The notes under the pieces are model-generated. The model was not told the DNA's origin, did no database searches, and saw nothing but the letters and a program-made list of their open reading frames with translations. The position numbers and the translations under genes were made by a program. A stretch of DNA of 63,874 bases, counting the filler, from Dugesia japonica (lineage: Eukaryota), in NCBI GenBank assembly GCA_001938525.1. It is 6 parts of 6 records of this genome, joined end to end, with 100 filler letters (N's around TTAATTAATTAA, not from the genome) between each part and the next. Parts side by side here need not be neighbours in the genome. Positions count along the whole stretch, not along the records: positions 8,843 to 20,800 come from MQRL01604890.1; positions 20,901 to 36,022 come from MQRL01542858.1; 4 more parts are not named here. One strand, written 5' to 3'. Positions 13,040 through 24,407 of the stretch are shown in pieces; the first letter of the stretch is position 1; every line of letters begins with the position of its first letter.

Positions 13040-13585
13040 TAGGTTATCGGTTGAATTTTTTATTTTTTGTCTTNNNNNNNNNNNNNNNNNNNNNNNNNNN
13101 NNNNNNNNNNNNNNNNNNNNNNNCTTTGTGCATATTCTGTGTTATCTCCTCAGGCTTTTCATGCAACTGGATAGGTTACGTCTCCAATACTGCTATTGTT
13201 GTTCATCCTGGGAGATTCTATATGGGTCAGCAACCAGGAGACCCATAGAGTCTCTAAGGCTAAGCATCTCCATAGCAGACAGTATAGAAAATGTCCATTC
13301 GTTGATCTGTAAATAATTTCTTTTGTCATTCTAGATTATGGTAATATCAGATAGCATGACAATAATATTTATCAGATGAAGATTAATTGACTTAAATTAA
13401 CCTTTTTACCTCAGTAGATGTGAAATGGCGTTTTCTCGACAAGGTTGTAATTTTCATTAACCTNNNNNNNNNNNNNNNNNNNNNNNNNNNNNNNNNNNNN
13501 NNNNNNNNNNNNNNNNNNNNNNNNNNNNNNNNNNNNNATCTACTTAGGTTATCGGTTGAATTTTTTATTTTTTGTCTTTAGAAAA

Positions 13586-14790
13586 ATGGAAACAACAAAA
13601 ATTAATCGTGATAATAATATTAATTTTCAAAATTTTTTTTTGAAAAATGAGGTTTTGAGAATTTCACCATCATCTGGTTCAATAAATAATTTAATGTGTT
13701 CTGGAGATATAGTTTTTCAATCTTTACAATCTTCAAATCCATTAGATATTTGTAATTCAATGTTATATTTTAAAGTAGAGATAACTGTTTCAGATAAAGA
13801 TAAAATAAGTTTAGAAAATAATTGGTTTCCAAGTTTATTCAAAACAATGAGATTAACTTTAGGATCTTCAGATGTAGAAATTATTAATGATCCAGGAATT
13901 CATCAACAATATTAAATTTTGTAACAACTAGTTCAATTTATAAAAAGATTTATGAAGAATTATCTAGATGGATTCCTGATGAAAATAATGGTGATTTAGA
14001 TGTTACTAGTTAGAATGCAAATACTGGTTTTTTTAAAAGAAAGAAACTTTATAATTCAAAAAATAAATTTGAAGGTTATTATACTTTGAAAAATTTATTT
14101 GGTTTTTTTAAATGTTACAACAGATTATTATACAACACAATGATTGAATTTACTTGTAATAGACAAATGAATGATAATGTAATATTTTATAGGGAAGCAG
14201 GTACAACTGCTACTTTAAAATTAATGACTCTAGAACTCCACATCCCAGAATGTAGATTAGTTCCAAAAATGGAAGTAAATCCTTTAGAAAGAATTTACAC
14301 AACTAAATCTTTTCAAGTTTCATTTTTAAATAGAATTACCACAAAAACGAATTTAGATTCAGGAAATTATTATTCAGTTAAACTGAGTAATTTAACTTAT
14401 AAACCAAGATATATATTTATTGGAATAAAAGAGTCAGAAATTTAATGTCAAAAGAATAATAATTTATTTATTCAACAAATTACTAAAACTGAAAATAAAA
14501 AAGAAGGGGCTGTTGAAAAAGAAGTTACAACCAAAAGCTCTATTAAAAGTATTCAAATACAATTAAACAATACATATTATCATATTAATGAATGTAAATT
14601 TAATATTTAAAATAATGAAATGATTTTTCCATATTTAAATTATGTAAATTGTTGTAAAGAATTTTTAACAGAACCACAATTATCTTTACAAGAGTTTGGT
14701 AATTTATACCAAATCTTTTGGTTTGATGTTAGTTCCCAAAACGATAAATTAAATATAAATACCGTAGATATAACTTTACATATAACATAC
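13586..14790 (+). pseudogene. Polinton double-jelly-roll major capsid protein (hexon-like), frameshifted
   Basis: ORFs 13556, 14086 and 14620 join: NSMLYFKVEI, LENNWFPSLFKTMRLTLGSSDVEIINDPG, WIPD, NTGFFKRK, LKNLFGFFKCYNRLLY, KPRYIFIG, IQIQLNNTYY, YQIFWFDVSSQ. These match the motif order I recognise in Polinton MCPs. Confidence 0.85.
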
Positions 14791-15042
14791 ATAGATCAAA
14801 ATATTTTGATAAATTTCTTAAAGAAAATTAAATTAATTTGTATCATAATAAAAATGAAGGTAAATCAGTCTTATTATTATTTAGATAAAGAAGCCGAAAT
14901 CTTAATGGAAGATTTATTTGAAGACTGAAATATCCCACTGGGAATCTGTGGTATTCTACTTCAACTTCAACTTTAGGTTCAACTTTATGTTAAAATCTTA
15001 TATAATTTCTTTTTCTTTATTAATATTATTTTTACGAAGAAA

Positions 15043-15580
15043 ATGTCTTCAGTTTCTGTACAAGAATTAATTGATTTGATAAATTCAAAAAAATTTAAAT
15101 CTGTAAAAATTAATGGAAAAATCTATTGGATTGAAAATAAAGTTAAAGAAGAACTGAAAAAGAAAATGGCAACTAGTAAAGAACATGAAGATGTATTTGC
15201 TTTTCTAGCTGTAATATCACCAATTATAGCTGGTTTAGCTTCTACAGCTAGAATTGCAACTGGTATAGCAAGTACAGTTAGTAATTCAAGAGATGCAAAA
15301 AAAGCAAAAAGAAACCAAAGTAGTAGAATTACAGAAAAAAGATTTAGAAAATAAAATTAAAAAAGAAAAAGAAATTGAATTATTAGATAAAGGTATTGCT
15401 TCAAAGAAACAAGGAAGTGGACTTTACTTATAACCATATTAAGGAAGTGCAATTCATAAATATTTCAAAAATAGTTTAGATAATTCAGCATTGAAAATTA
15501 TAACTAAAAACTTTAAGAAAGGAGTACAAGTTAAAATAAAAGGAGATGGTTTGTATTTAAAACCTTTTAAAAATGGATAG
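15043..15580 (+). pseudogene. Adenovirus pX-like core/membrane-active protein of Polinton
   Basis: EHEDVFAFLAVISPIIAGLASTARIATGIASTV resembles a decayed GG-FLPxLxPIIAG...GIAS motif; downstream repeats KQGSGLYL*PY and KGDGLYLKPF are GxG-type, putative adenain sites. Confidence 0.7.
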
Positions 15581-16418
15581 TGAACAAATAACAGGAAGAA
15601 TAAAACTTTTGCAAGATTTAATTAAAGCTTAAGATAATTATGATAATTTATTTACAGGTAATGTAATTGAATCAAGAACTTTACAAGATACTTTAACTAT
15701 TCAACAAAAACCTACTATTAAAGCAATTGAAAACTTAGGTAAAATATCTACAAACTCATTTGAAAAAAGAATATCATTCTTTTCTAAAATTAATTTAAAT
15801 ATTAAAAATTTATCACCATTAATTACACTAACATTTAAAATAGAAAATATTGATAATAAAAACTTTCTTAAGATAAGTTATTCTAATAAAGAATTATATT
15901 TATTTGAAGAAGATGGAAAGAAATACTTTTTATCTAAAGAAGAAATAATACCATTTTCTAAAGAAGTTATGAATTTAATTTTGGGAAATGGAAGTAATGA
16001 TCTAGAAGCAATTGATATTTATTTTAAAAAATTAAAAATTACATTTCCTACTAATTCTAAATATTGTCATTTATTAACTAGGAAAAAGCGAAGCTACTTT
16101 CAGTCACAATCAAGAGCGAACAACAAAAATACCAAAACTTAAAGAAGAAGTTGATAGTGAAAAAGAAATCCCAAAGAGTTCCTTTCCTGTAGAAAAACAA
16201 GAAATTCAAAAGGGACCCATTAAAGGTGAAGGTATAAACTCCAGAGAGCACCCTGACCCATTTCTTTGTTTGAAAGATTAACATTAATAATTTCAGCTGT
16301 AAAAGCCGGTCATAATAATTTAGAACAAGAAATTAAATCTGTTTGTAAATTATTATTAAACCAAGAAAATATTACTCACGAAAAATATAATGTTTATAAA
16401 AATAAATACTTTACCTAA
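15573..16418 (+). pseudogene. Conserved Polinton protein with C-terminal RLxLxxSAxxAGHNN motif
   Basis: Starts MDSEQITGRIKLLQDL...QKPTIKAIENL and ends ISLFERLTLIISAVKAGHNNLEQEIKSVCKLLL; contains stops and frameshifts. Confidence 0.65.
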
Positions 16419-16423
16419 AGAAA

Positions 16424-17529
16424 ATGTCTCATCAATTTTTAATTGTTGGTAATGAGTCTGATCTTAAGGTTAATTTAAGATTTCCTATAGAATTAGATTT
16501 AGAATATGAAATTGGATTATTATGTTTCAGTTGTTATAATATTATTTTTAATGTTACTAATAAAAATAATACTTTCTTATGTAATGATAAATTAATAACG
16601 ATAGAGCCAGGAGCTTATGAAATTAAAGAAATATCTAATAAATTGTCAACGTANNNNNNNNNNNNNNNNNNNNNNNNNNNNNNNNNNNNNNNNNNNNNNN
16701 NNNNNNNNNNNNNNNNNNNNNNNNNNNNNNNNNNNNNNNNNNNNNNNNNNNNNNNNNNNNNNNNNNNNNNNNNNNNNNNNNNNNNNNNNNNNNNNNNNNN
16801 GAAAATAAGATTGATATTTTAAATATTAATATGATAAATATAACTTGTAATTTAGTTTAAGGTAATTATATCAATAATTACTAATGAATTTATTACATTC
16901 TTTTCTAGTAAATTCTGTTGGTTTTGGTTTTAAAATTATAGAAAGACTTTATCCTCCAATTTATTCAAGANNNNNNNNNNNNNNNNNNNNNNNNNNNNNN
17001 NNNNNNNNNNNNNNNNNNNNTGTAATGATAAATTAATAACGATAGAGCCAGGAGCTTATGAAATTAAAGAAATATCTAATAAATTGTCAACGTATAAAAT
17101 TGAAGTTACGGCAGATCAATCAACAACAAAATGTAATTTAGATATAAAAGAAAATACAATTAAATTTNNNNNNNNNNNNTTTTTTCATACAATTTTAGGT
17201 TTTTTACTTAACCAGTATCCACCAGGAAAATATTATTCAGAAAATAAGATTGATATTTTAAATATTAATATGATAAATATAACTTGTAATTTAGTTTAAG
17301 GTAATTATATCAATAATTACTAATGAATTTATTACATTCTTTTCTAGTAAATTCTGTTGGTTTTGGTTTTAAAATTATAGAAAGACTTTATCCTCCAATT
17401 TATTCAAGATTAAAATCGAAACGTATTGATTGTTTAAAATTTAATATTATAGATGAAAATAATAATCCTATAGATTTTAATAGACAAACTATTTCTTTAT
17501 TATATCATATTAGAAAATGTATGGATTGA
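16424..17529 (+). pseudogene. Polinton minor capsid protein (penton-like)
   Basis: FPIELDLEYEIGLL, YNIIFNVTNKNNTF, ITIEPGAYEI, ILGF, INITCNLV, LLHSF, GFKIIE...PIY, IIDENNNPIDFN; partly duplicated around gaps. Confidence 0.85.
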
Positions 17530-18020
17530 AGTCCTACGGGATCCTAGACTTTTTGAAAACATTTGGAATAAATACTAAAACTAATTTTGATTTGTATTCT
17601 ATTGCTGATTTTTTAAATCTTGATATAGAGGTTTTAATGAAATATTAATTAAGCGCCACGCAGGGCGCACTTTCTAAAGATAAAAATGACGACAGCGGTC
17701 TTCAAAAATTAAAAGATAAAAATAATAAATCGGTCCCACGGGACTAAATTTCTTTAATAATTAATTATCAAAATTCAAATCAAAAAGGAACTCATTGGGT
17801 TGCTTTTTCTCCCAACGGGGCCCAAGGATATTATTTTGATTCTTATGGATTAAAACCTTTTAAAAAAATAGAATAATATGTAAATGTTTCTAATAAAATT
17901 CAAGTCCAATTTTTTGGAACTTGTATTTGTAGAGTTTTATGTTTATATTTTTTATATTCACTTACATCCAAATCTTTTAATGAAATAATTAATGAATTAT
18001 ATATTAACTTAAATAAATAA
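17517..18020 (+). pseudogene. Adenain-type (C5) cysteine protease
   Basis: Manual translation: IINYQNSNQKGTHWVAF, YYFDSYGLKP, QVQFFGTCICRVLCLYFL (His/Asp/Cys triad order; CG mutated to CR). Confidence 0.88.
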
Positions 18021-18720
18021 ATGAATTTTTGTGGAGAAACATTAAATAGTCAAAATAATACAGAAATATTAAAACATGTTTCTNCTAAATTAAAATTAGA
18101 ATCTATTAATAATGAATTAAGGTTTGTTAATGAAAGTGGTGATGCAATTACTAATTTAAAAATTATTAATGATCCAAAAAATAAATTAGATGCAATTAAT
18201 TTAAAATATTCTATTAAATTAGAAAAACCAGTATCTGATTTAAAATAATCAATCTAAAAATCAAAATATTTATATTCAACAACTTTTAGAGCTTCGAGAT
18301 CAATTTTTAGAAAATAATAAATCATGGATTTAAACTACGAGTGATTTAATTATTAAAATAAATAATATCAAAAATGAGCTGACGCAAATGAAGAGTGATT
18401 TATTTAATTCACAAGTGAATACTGATAAAAATACTAAGGAAAAAAAATAGATTTGAAAAAAGAAATCGTATAACTAACAAATAAAATAATTAATTTATCA
18501 AGTACTGGTTCACCTGAAAAATTTAATAAAATTAATTTAGAATTGGAAAAACTATCACAAAAAGTAGAATTATTAAACAATCCTTTAGTTCCTTTAGAAG
18601 AAGAATTTCTTAAAATAAAACAAGATCTTCATATTGATCGTGGTAATTATATTAATGATTATCTTATAAAAATAAAACAAAAAATAACTAAAGTAAACTT
18701 TATAGAGGAAACTTTTTAAA
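18021..18720 (+). pseudogene. Putative fibre-like / coiled-coil viral protein
   Basis: N-terminal ITNLKIINDPKNKLDAINLKY resembles the P-xxxx-DAxNKxYV repeat of viral fibre proteins; heptad-rich sequence follows. Confidence 0.4.
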
Positions 18721-18775
18721 CAAAATTAAAGAAATAATTGATAATTATTTTCCTTACTCTGATAAAATAAATATA

Positions 18776-19150
18776 ATGAATCCTAAAATACTTTTTAAAT
18801 TAACTATTTTATTAACAAAGAACTCATTACTATATCATTCTGGATTAACACCATTTAAAATAAAAAGAAAAGGAATTTTAAAAAACATTAAAGAAAAACC
18901 ATATAAATATTATTTTCTCGATGAACCATTAGAACTTTATTTTTATTTTAAAAAACTATTAGAGCAAGTAATTTTTTTATTTATTGGTTATACTGATATT
19001 ATTTATTTTAAAATCTATATAGTAATAATTAATAAACTAGAAGAACATGAATTTAATTTTACTTAAAAAGAATTATTTTATCTTTCAATAAATATTAACA
19101 AAATTTTAGAGAAACATAAACCAATAGAAAGAATTACTTTAACTTTACCA
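18776..19150 (+). pseudogene. Unknown viral ORF
   Basis: ORF 18776..19066 is co-oriented and tightly packed within the cassette; no recognised motif. Confidence 0.4.
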
Positions 19151-19249
19151 GCAANNNNNNNNNNNNNNNNNNNNNNNNNNNNNNNNNNNNNNNNNNNNNN
19201 NNNNNNNNNNNNNNNNNNNNNNNNNNNNNNNNNNNNNNNNNNNNNNAAT

Positions 19250-19942
19250 CAAAATACCAGTGGGTCCTATCCCAACGGCTCCCATCCCAAAGGGTCCCAT
19301 AAATATCCTGATTTAAATGAATATATTTATAAAAAATTTGAGTATACAATTAAAGATCAAAAAAACACTATAGAAGATTTAAAAGAAAAATTATCAGATT
19401 TAAGAATTGTAGATTTTGAATCAGATTTTTATTTTATTGATGATAAAATTAACTATTATAAAAAGATTTATAAAAGATGGAGAAGATTAGATACTTCGAT
19501 TAGATTTACAGAAATATTTTTTGGAACAATTGTTGGAATAAATGNAACTATATTAATTTCTTTAGGGACGATAGTAACTTCAGGAATATTGGGAACTATA
19601 GTTCCCATAATATTAACCACATCAGTTTTTTGTATTCCAATAATTGGTACTTTGAATTCATCTTTAATAAAAGCAAAAAAGAAGAAGTATAAAGATTTAA
19701 TTCATGAATTAGATACTGTTAAGAATAAATTATTTTNNNNNNNNNNNNNNNNNNNNNNNNNNNNNNNNNNNNNNNNNNNNNNNNNNNNAATAAGCAAAAA
19801 TATGGTTAAACAAGTTAAAGATTTAATTTTCCATGAAAATAAAATTGAAAATGATTTATTAAAGAAACTTGAAGAACAAATCGTGCTAACACAAACGAAG
19901 TGCGAAAGTCAACAGAAAATAATAAATAAATTAAAAAAATAA
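19250..19942 (+). CDS. Polinton membrane protein (hydrophobic hairpin plus coiled coil) with N-terminal YPDL
   Basis: Open frame KYPDLNEYIY...YYKKIYKRWRRLD, then hydrophobic FFGTIVG..ILISLGTIVTSGILGTIVPIILTTSVFCIPIIG, then KAKKKKYKDLIHELDTVKNKL; 5' end lies in an N gap and a second N gap falls inside the ORF. Confidence 0.65.
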   Translation, partial: QNTSGSYPNGSHPKGSHKYPDLNEYIYKKFEYTIKDQKNTIEDLKEKLSDLRIVDFESDFYFIDDKINYYKKIYKRWRRLDTSIRFTEIFFGTIVGINXTILISLGTIVTSGILGTIVPIILTTSVFCIPIIGTLNSSLIKAKKKKYKDLIHELDTVKNKLFXXXXXXXXXXXXXXXXXXISKNMVKQVKDLIFHENKIENDLLKKLEEQIVLTQTKCESQQKIINKLKK

Positions 19943-20286
19943 TTTCTATTTTGAATTTCTCATTTTTACCCTTTAAAATCCCAAAGGTTCCCATCCCCAC
20001 AAATTACAATTTAATTTTAGATTTTATAAACCGGTTTATAAAACTTCTTTTTCTTTTAATTTTGAAAATGAGAACTGCAGTTCCCAATTTATAAAACGTC
20101 TTAATTTAATTTTAAAAGTGTCTACTGCAATAGACAACTTTAGGTTTTTGTTTGTTTTAAATTTTAAAGTGTCGTCAAATTTTGAACCTTAGTAATAAAA
20201 CTTCTTACTTATTTTTATATTAAACTCCTTTCAGTCGTGAGTGGAAACGGAACTACAATTTAATTTTTGTTTTAATTTATCTAAGG

Positions 20287-20800
20287 TTAATGCCACTCAC
20301 TACTATTTTCGCATTTAAATTTATTACCATGTGGCCATGTTCTTACACCATTATCTTCAATTAGGCTTTTATCATCATATCCTGTTAAAGCAATCTTTTT
20401 TTGCTCAACCAATTCTATTTCATGTTTATTTGATTTTAAACTATAATTTATTCCAAAAATATTTTCTTTTGAGTTTAGTGCCTTATCAAATTCTTTCATT
20501 CCTATTNNNNNNNNNNNNNNNNNNNNNNNNNNTCGTTTGTCTAATTGCGCCCTTTAGGATTGTCAAACTCATAAGCATAACTTTTTGCTTTTATAAAATC
20601 ACATTTTGTTATTTCATTATTAAGTTTCTCATCTTTCATTTGAAATAATTTATTACCTAATAAACTTTCAACTTTTGTTAAATTATTTCTACCTATTGTT
20701 GGGTATTCGAACTCAACAAAAGATTTTATGGTTCGTTATAAAATAAATTATTCCCAATTTGGATGTTTATCTTTTGTGTATGTAAATACAATACTATATA
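20287..20800 (-). pseudogene. Protein-primed family B DNA polymerase, C-terminal part
   Basis: KSNKHEIELVEQKKIALTGYDDK...NGVRTWPHG matches the typical Polinton pPolB ending (KxALxxxDDKR...TxxxG); upstream KAKSYAY motif. Confidence 0.85.
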
Positions 20801-20900
20801 NNNNNNNNNNNNNNNNNNNNNNNNNNNNNNNNNNNNNNNNNNNNTTAATTAATTAANNNNNNNNNNNNNNNNNNNNNNNNNNNNNNNNNNNNNNNNNNNN

Positions 20901-23152
20901 CCTCTGTATCTATTAATGAAAATAATTCCTTTCCCACTTGCATCCCGTCACAATAGTATGCTTATATGACTTTTTCTCAACCTATCATTAAAAATAACAA
21001 CAATATTGTGGTAGTTAATGATTGGCATGAATTTTGCTGAGGTATGCGTGCCCATCCATTCTCAATCTCATTTAGTTGACAACTAACTATTTTGATTACT
21101 CTAATTGCATTGTCATGTGATGGTGTTGGTTTGGGACGTATCGATTCAATAAATTTCTTCCATCCCCAATTTTGCTTTATTAGTGGTATGATATATTCTG
21201 CATTAGATCCCCGATGGGTAATTTACAGAGGACAAAGTTCTTTGACGGTTTGCTTCTGGCTATAGATATATGTGTTTGATTGATCAGATGCGCTATAGAT
21301 ATCACCATACGCCCTTTAGTTAGTTGTTCTTGTAGCAATTCATCCAACTCGCCCTCTAAGTTATCTCGCGTTTCTTGACTTGTGCCTTTACTGGAAGGTA
21401 ATTTCTTAATTGCTGACTCCAACTTTTTTACCAGTGATCTGAGGCTATCAGATAGTTAGAATTTTCCAATCCATATTTTTAGTTCCGGATATAACATTAA
21501 CAATNNNNNNNNNNNNNNNNNNNNNNNNNNNNNNNNNNNNNNNNNNNNNNNNNNCCACTTGCATCCCGTCACAATAGTATGCTTATATGACTTTTCTTCA
21601 ACCTATCATTAAGAATAACAACAATATTGTGGTAGTTAATGATTGGCATGAATTTTGCTGAGGTATGCGCGCCCATCCATTCTCAATCTCATTTAGTTGA
21701 AAACTAACTATTTTGATTACTCTAATTGCATTGTCATGTGATTGTGTCGGTTTGGGACGTATCGATTCAATAAATTTCTTCCATCCCCAATTTTGCTTTA
21801 TTAGTGGTATGATTTATTCTGCATTAGATCCCTGATGGGTAATTTACTGAGGACAAAGTTCTTTGACGGTTTGCTTCTGGCTATAAATATATGTGTTTGA
21901 TTGATTAGATGCGCTATAGATATCACCATACGCCCTTTAGTTGATTGTTCTTGTAGTAATTCATCCAACACGCCCTCTAAGTTATCTCGCGTTCCTTGAC
22001 TTGTGCCTTTACTGGTAGGTAACTTCTTAATTGCTGACTCCAACTTTTTTGCCAGTGATCTGAGGCTATCAGATAGTTAGAATTTTCCAATCCATATTTT
22101 TAGTTCCGGATATAACATTAACAATAATTGTTGTATTACTACTTATGTTGGCATGTCATCTTCCGCTGAATTTCCACTATATCTTTCCTGGGATACTGCC
22201 GCTAATCCCTTAGTTTGATGGTTCACTGAAGTTGCTAATCTCTTTTGCTATAACGCTTCCTTTAGCTCTGGGTTTCCTGGCGGTTTCGTTCTAGGTCTAC
22301 TTTGACTTATCGGTTCCGTAAGTGTTTCCGCATCTATCTTATTCCGTATAGGTGCTTTTTCTTCCAATACATGCCTAATTATTTCTTCAATTACAGTCAT
22401 TAGTCAACTGTTACGGTTGTTCTCAATGAAGTTGATCAATCTTCTGATTACAACTTACCAGTTGGGGATCCCTATTTTCCAGAACTGTGTTCATAGTAAG
22501 CATGGCTGGATATTCTTCTTAATTTCTTCCTATTAATCCTCCTTTTAATATATCTTCTTTTAATTTCTTCCTAATTAACTTCCTTAAATTTCTTCCTGAT
22601 TAGCTTTCTTTAATTTCTTCCTGATTATCTTTTATTTTCTTTTTGATTATCTTCCTTTATTTTCTTCGTGATTAACTTCCTTTATTTTCTTCGTGATTAT
22701 CTTCCTTTAATTTCTTCTTAATAAGCTTCCTTTAATTTATCTTCCTTAAATTTATCTTTAATTTCTTCCTGATTATGAGTTTCCGTGATAATTTCCGTGG
22801 ATATTCGACATGATCTCTGAAATTATAAACTAACATATTCTTATATATTTTACTTCCTAAGTTTTAACCCGATTCCTTATTAGTTTTAATTAACATTTTT
22901 ATTTAATATCATAATTCATCATTATAACCCCACTTTTAGAATGTATTATTTGACATTTATTTATTTTCACGTATTTGCGATTTTATACCATTATTAATTG
23001 TTATTTAAATATTCAATTATTAATTTATGTAGTATAACATTAACAATATTTGTCATGACATTTTCTTCTACTGTTCATGAATAAATTGTCCCTACTAAAG
23101 TTTGTTACATAGAAAATTTATTCAATATCCTTGCTGAGCCCCCAAAATTCTT
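20901..23152 (-). mobile_element. LTR retrotransposon 5' internal region (PBS, leader, gag with repeats, start of protease)
   Basis: Minus strand: LTR end ...CCCTAACA at 23152; PBS TGGGGGCTC; E/K/N-rich repetitive gag start at 22520-22810; ELFSLIDTE (DTG-like) at the contig end ~20901-20930. Confidence 0.65.
23136..23144 (-). promoter_or_regulatory. Primer-binding site complementary to tRNA-Pro 3' end
   Basis: TGGGGGCTC located 7 nt inside the putative LTR end CA. Confidence 0.6.
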
Positions 23153-23395
23153 GTTAGGGTCCCACCTGAGTTTGTAGAGGGAAAATACGGCTGGGGAAAA
23201 GACAGACTTCAGGGGACCATTCAAGAATTTGCCTAATGTCCCTAATTAGGTTATCGGCACAGAGTGGTTGACTTCCAACGTATACTTGAAGTGCTCACTT
23301 GTATGCCTTTATTTCGCGTTCATTATTTTCCCATTCTTTATGTTTAATGAATAAATTGTCAATAAAACTTGAAATTAACATTTATTTTACGCTAA

Positions 23396-23758
23396 TCACA
23401 TAAATTCTAGCGCTCCAGGGTCTAACCACTGGGTAGGCTCTCCAGTCATAAAATTAAAAGCGGCTTCGTCATCGTCGCTACTCCAACGGGCCCAGGTCTC
23501 TTGCTCGAGGTGGTTGGCCAGATCAGTGATATATTGTTGCAGAAATTCGATCTTATACAGCAGGATCTGCTTAGTATGTTCTTCCAACTCGCCCTGCTTC
23601 TTGACGATAATATCTAATTCTTTTATCATTCGGTTTCCCTGGGTCAGATGACGTAACAATGCATGCTCATTTTTTCGCTTAATGTGCTGTTCTAACAAAA
23701 GTTTCCGTATAAGTCGATGGCACAGGGGAAGACTTGATGGCAATTGTATTCTAAGCAC
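23396..23758 (-). CDS. Unknown helical/coiled-coil protein or terminal exon, 120 aa
   Basis: Uninterrupted GC-richer ORF; preceded by a pyrimidine tract plus AG (ttatccatttcgttatag); AATAAA follows the stop. Confidence 0.5.
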   Translation of the reverse strand: MLRIQLPSSLPLCHRLIRKLLLEQHIKRKNEHALLRHLTQGNRMIKELDIIVKKQGELEEHTKQILLYKIEFLQQYITDLANHLEQETWARWSSDDDEAAFNFMTGEPTQWLDPGALEFM

Positions 23759-23976
23759 TATAACGAAATGGATAAATAAAAGTTAACTCAAATGATAAAA
23801 TACAATACAATTATTAAATTATTGTAAATCAAGGATTTCAAATGGATACTAGTCATAAAGATACAACAAAGACTTTATTCTATACATAAAAGAGAATCAC
23901 AGCAAGTTATGAACGCGAGGACTGTGTCGTCTTGTCTACCATTAGGGTTCGAGTGGCATGCGCTTCCACAGCTCCA

Positions 23977-24195
23977 TTACGTCCACCACCAGTTTATTTT
24001 CACAGTCATAGAGAGACCGGATGATTTCCGCAAAGACACTAATTGTTGCTTCCAAATGCGTTCTTGCGCATGGAAAGCTTCAGCCTCTTTACGGAACATG
24101 ACACATTTGCTCTTGTAACGTTTGACTTTACTCTCTGCAACGGCAATGTCGGCCTCCCAACAGCGTTTAGCTAGTCTATAGACATCCCACGTCAT
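23977..24195 (-). CDS. Unknown coiled-coil small protein (possibly decayed)
   Basis: GC-richer ORF EADIAVAESKVKRYKSKCVMFRKEAEAFHAQERIWKQQL; AATAAA at ~23875 on the minus strand. Confidence 0.4.
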   Translation of the reverse strand: MTWDVYRLAKRCWEADIAVAESKVKRYKSKCVMFRKEAEAFHAQERIWKQQLVSLRKSSGLSMTVKINWWWT

Positions 24196-24407
24196 GTCTA
24201 TGTCTTCACTATTCTCTATAATCTTTTTTTAGGAGCGGACAGTCGATTGAGCGATGAGTAAATTATAAAAAAATAATAACAATAACCACTGAATTTCACA
24301 TAACAAATACTTTAGGAAACTAAACTTTATTTCAATGAATCAATAAAAGTTGTAAGACAAAGTTACTATGAAGAAATTTTATTTTTAACCCACTAAACGA
24401 CACCTAA

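Larger units (their letters stand above)
13586..20800. mobile_element. Decayed endogenous Polinton/Maverick (adintovirus-like) virus: morphogenetic cassette plus pPolB C-terminus
   Basis: Tightly packed intronless + strand ORF remnants (MCP, pX-like, conserved AGHN protein, penton, adenain, fibre-like, unknown, TM protein) converging on a minus-strand pPolB; truncated by the contig end at 20800. Confidence 0.9.

Noticed and set aside
12619-13578. Tandem duplication 12619-13073 / 13124-13578 (identical ORFs 12623 and 13128)
   Set aside because: Identical sequence either side of an N gap indicates an unmerged assembly overlap.
16581-17409. Apparent duplicated penton gene segments
   Set aside because: 16581-16653 equals 17021-17093 and 16801-16970 equals 17240-17409, all bordering gaps; assembly artefact.
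20800-20901. Possible Polinton-LTR retrotransposon hybrid (pPolB next to gag/protease)
   Set aside because: Separated by an artificial TTAATTAATTAA linker, so adjacency is not biological evidence.
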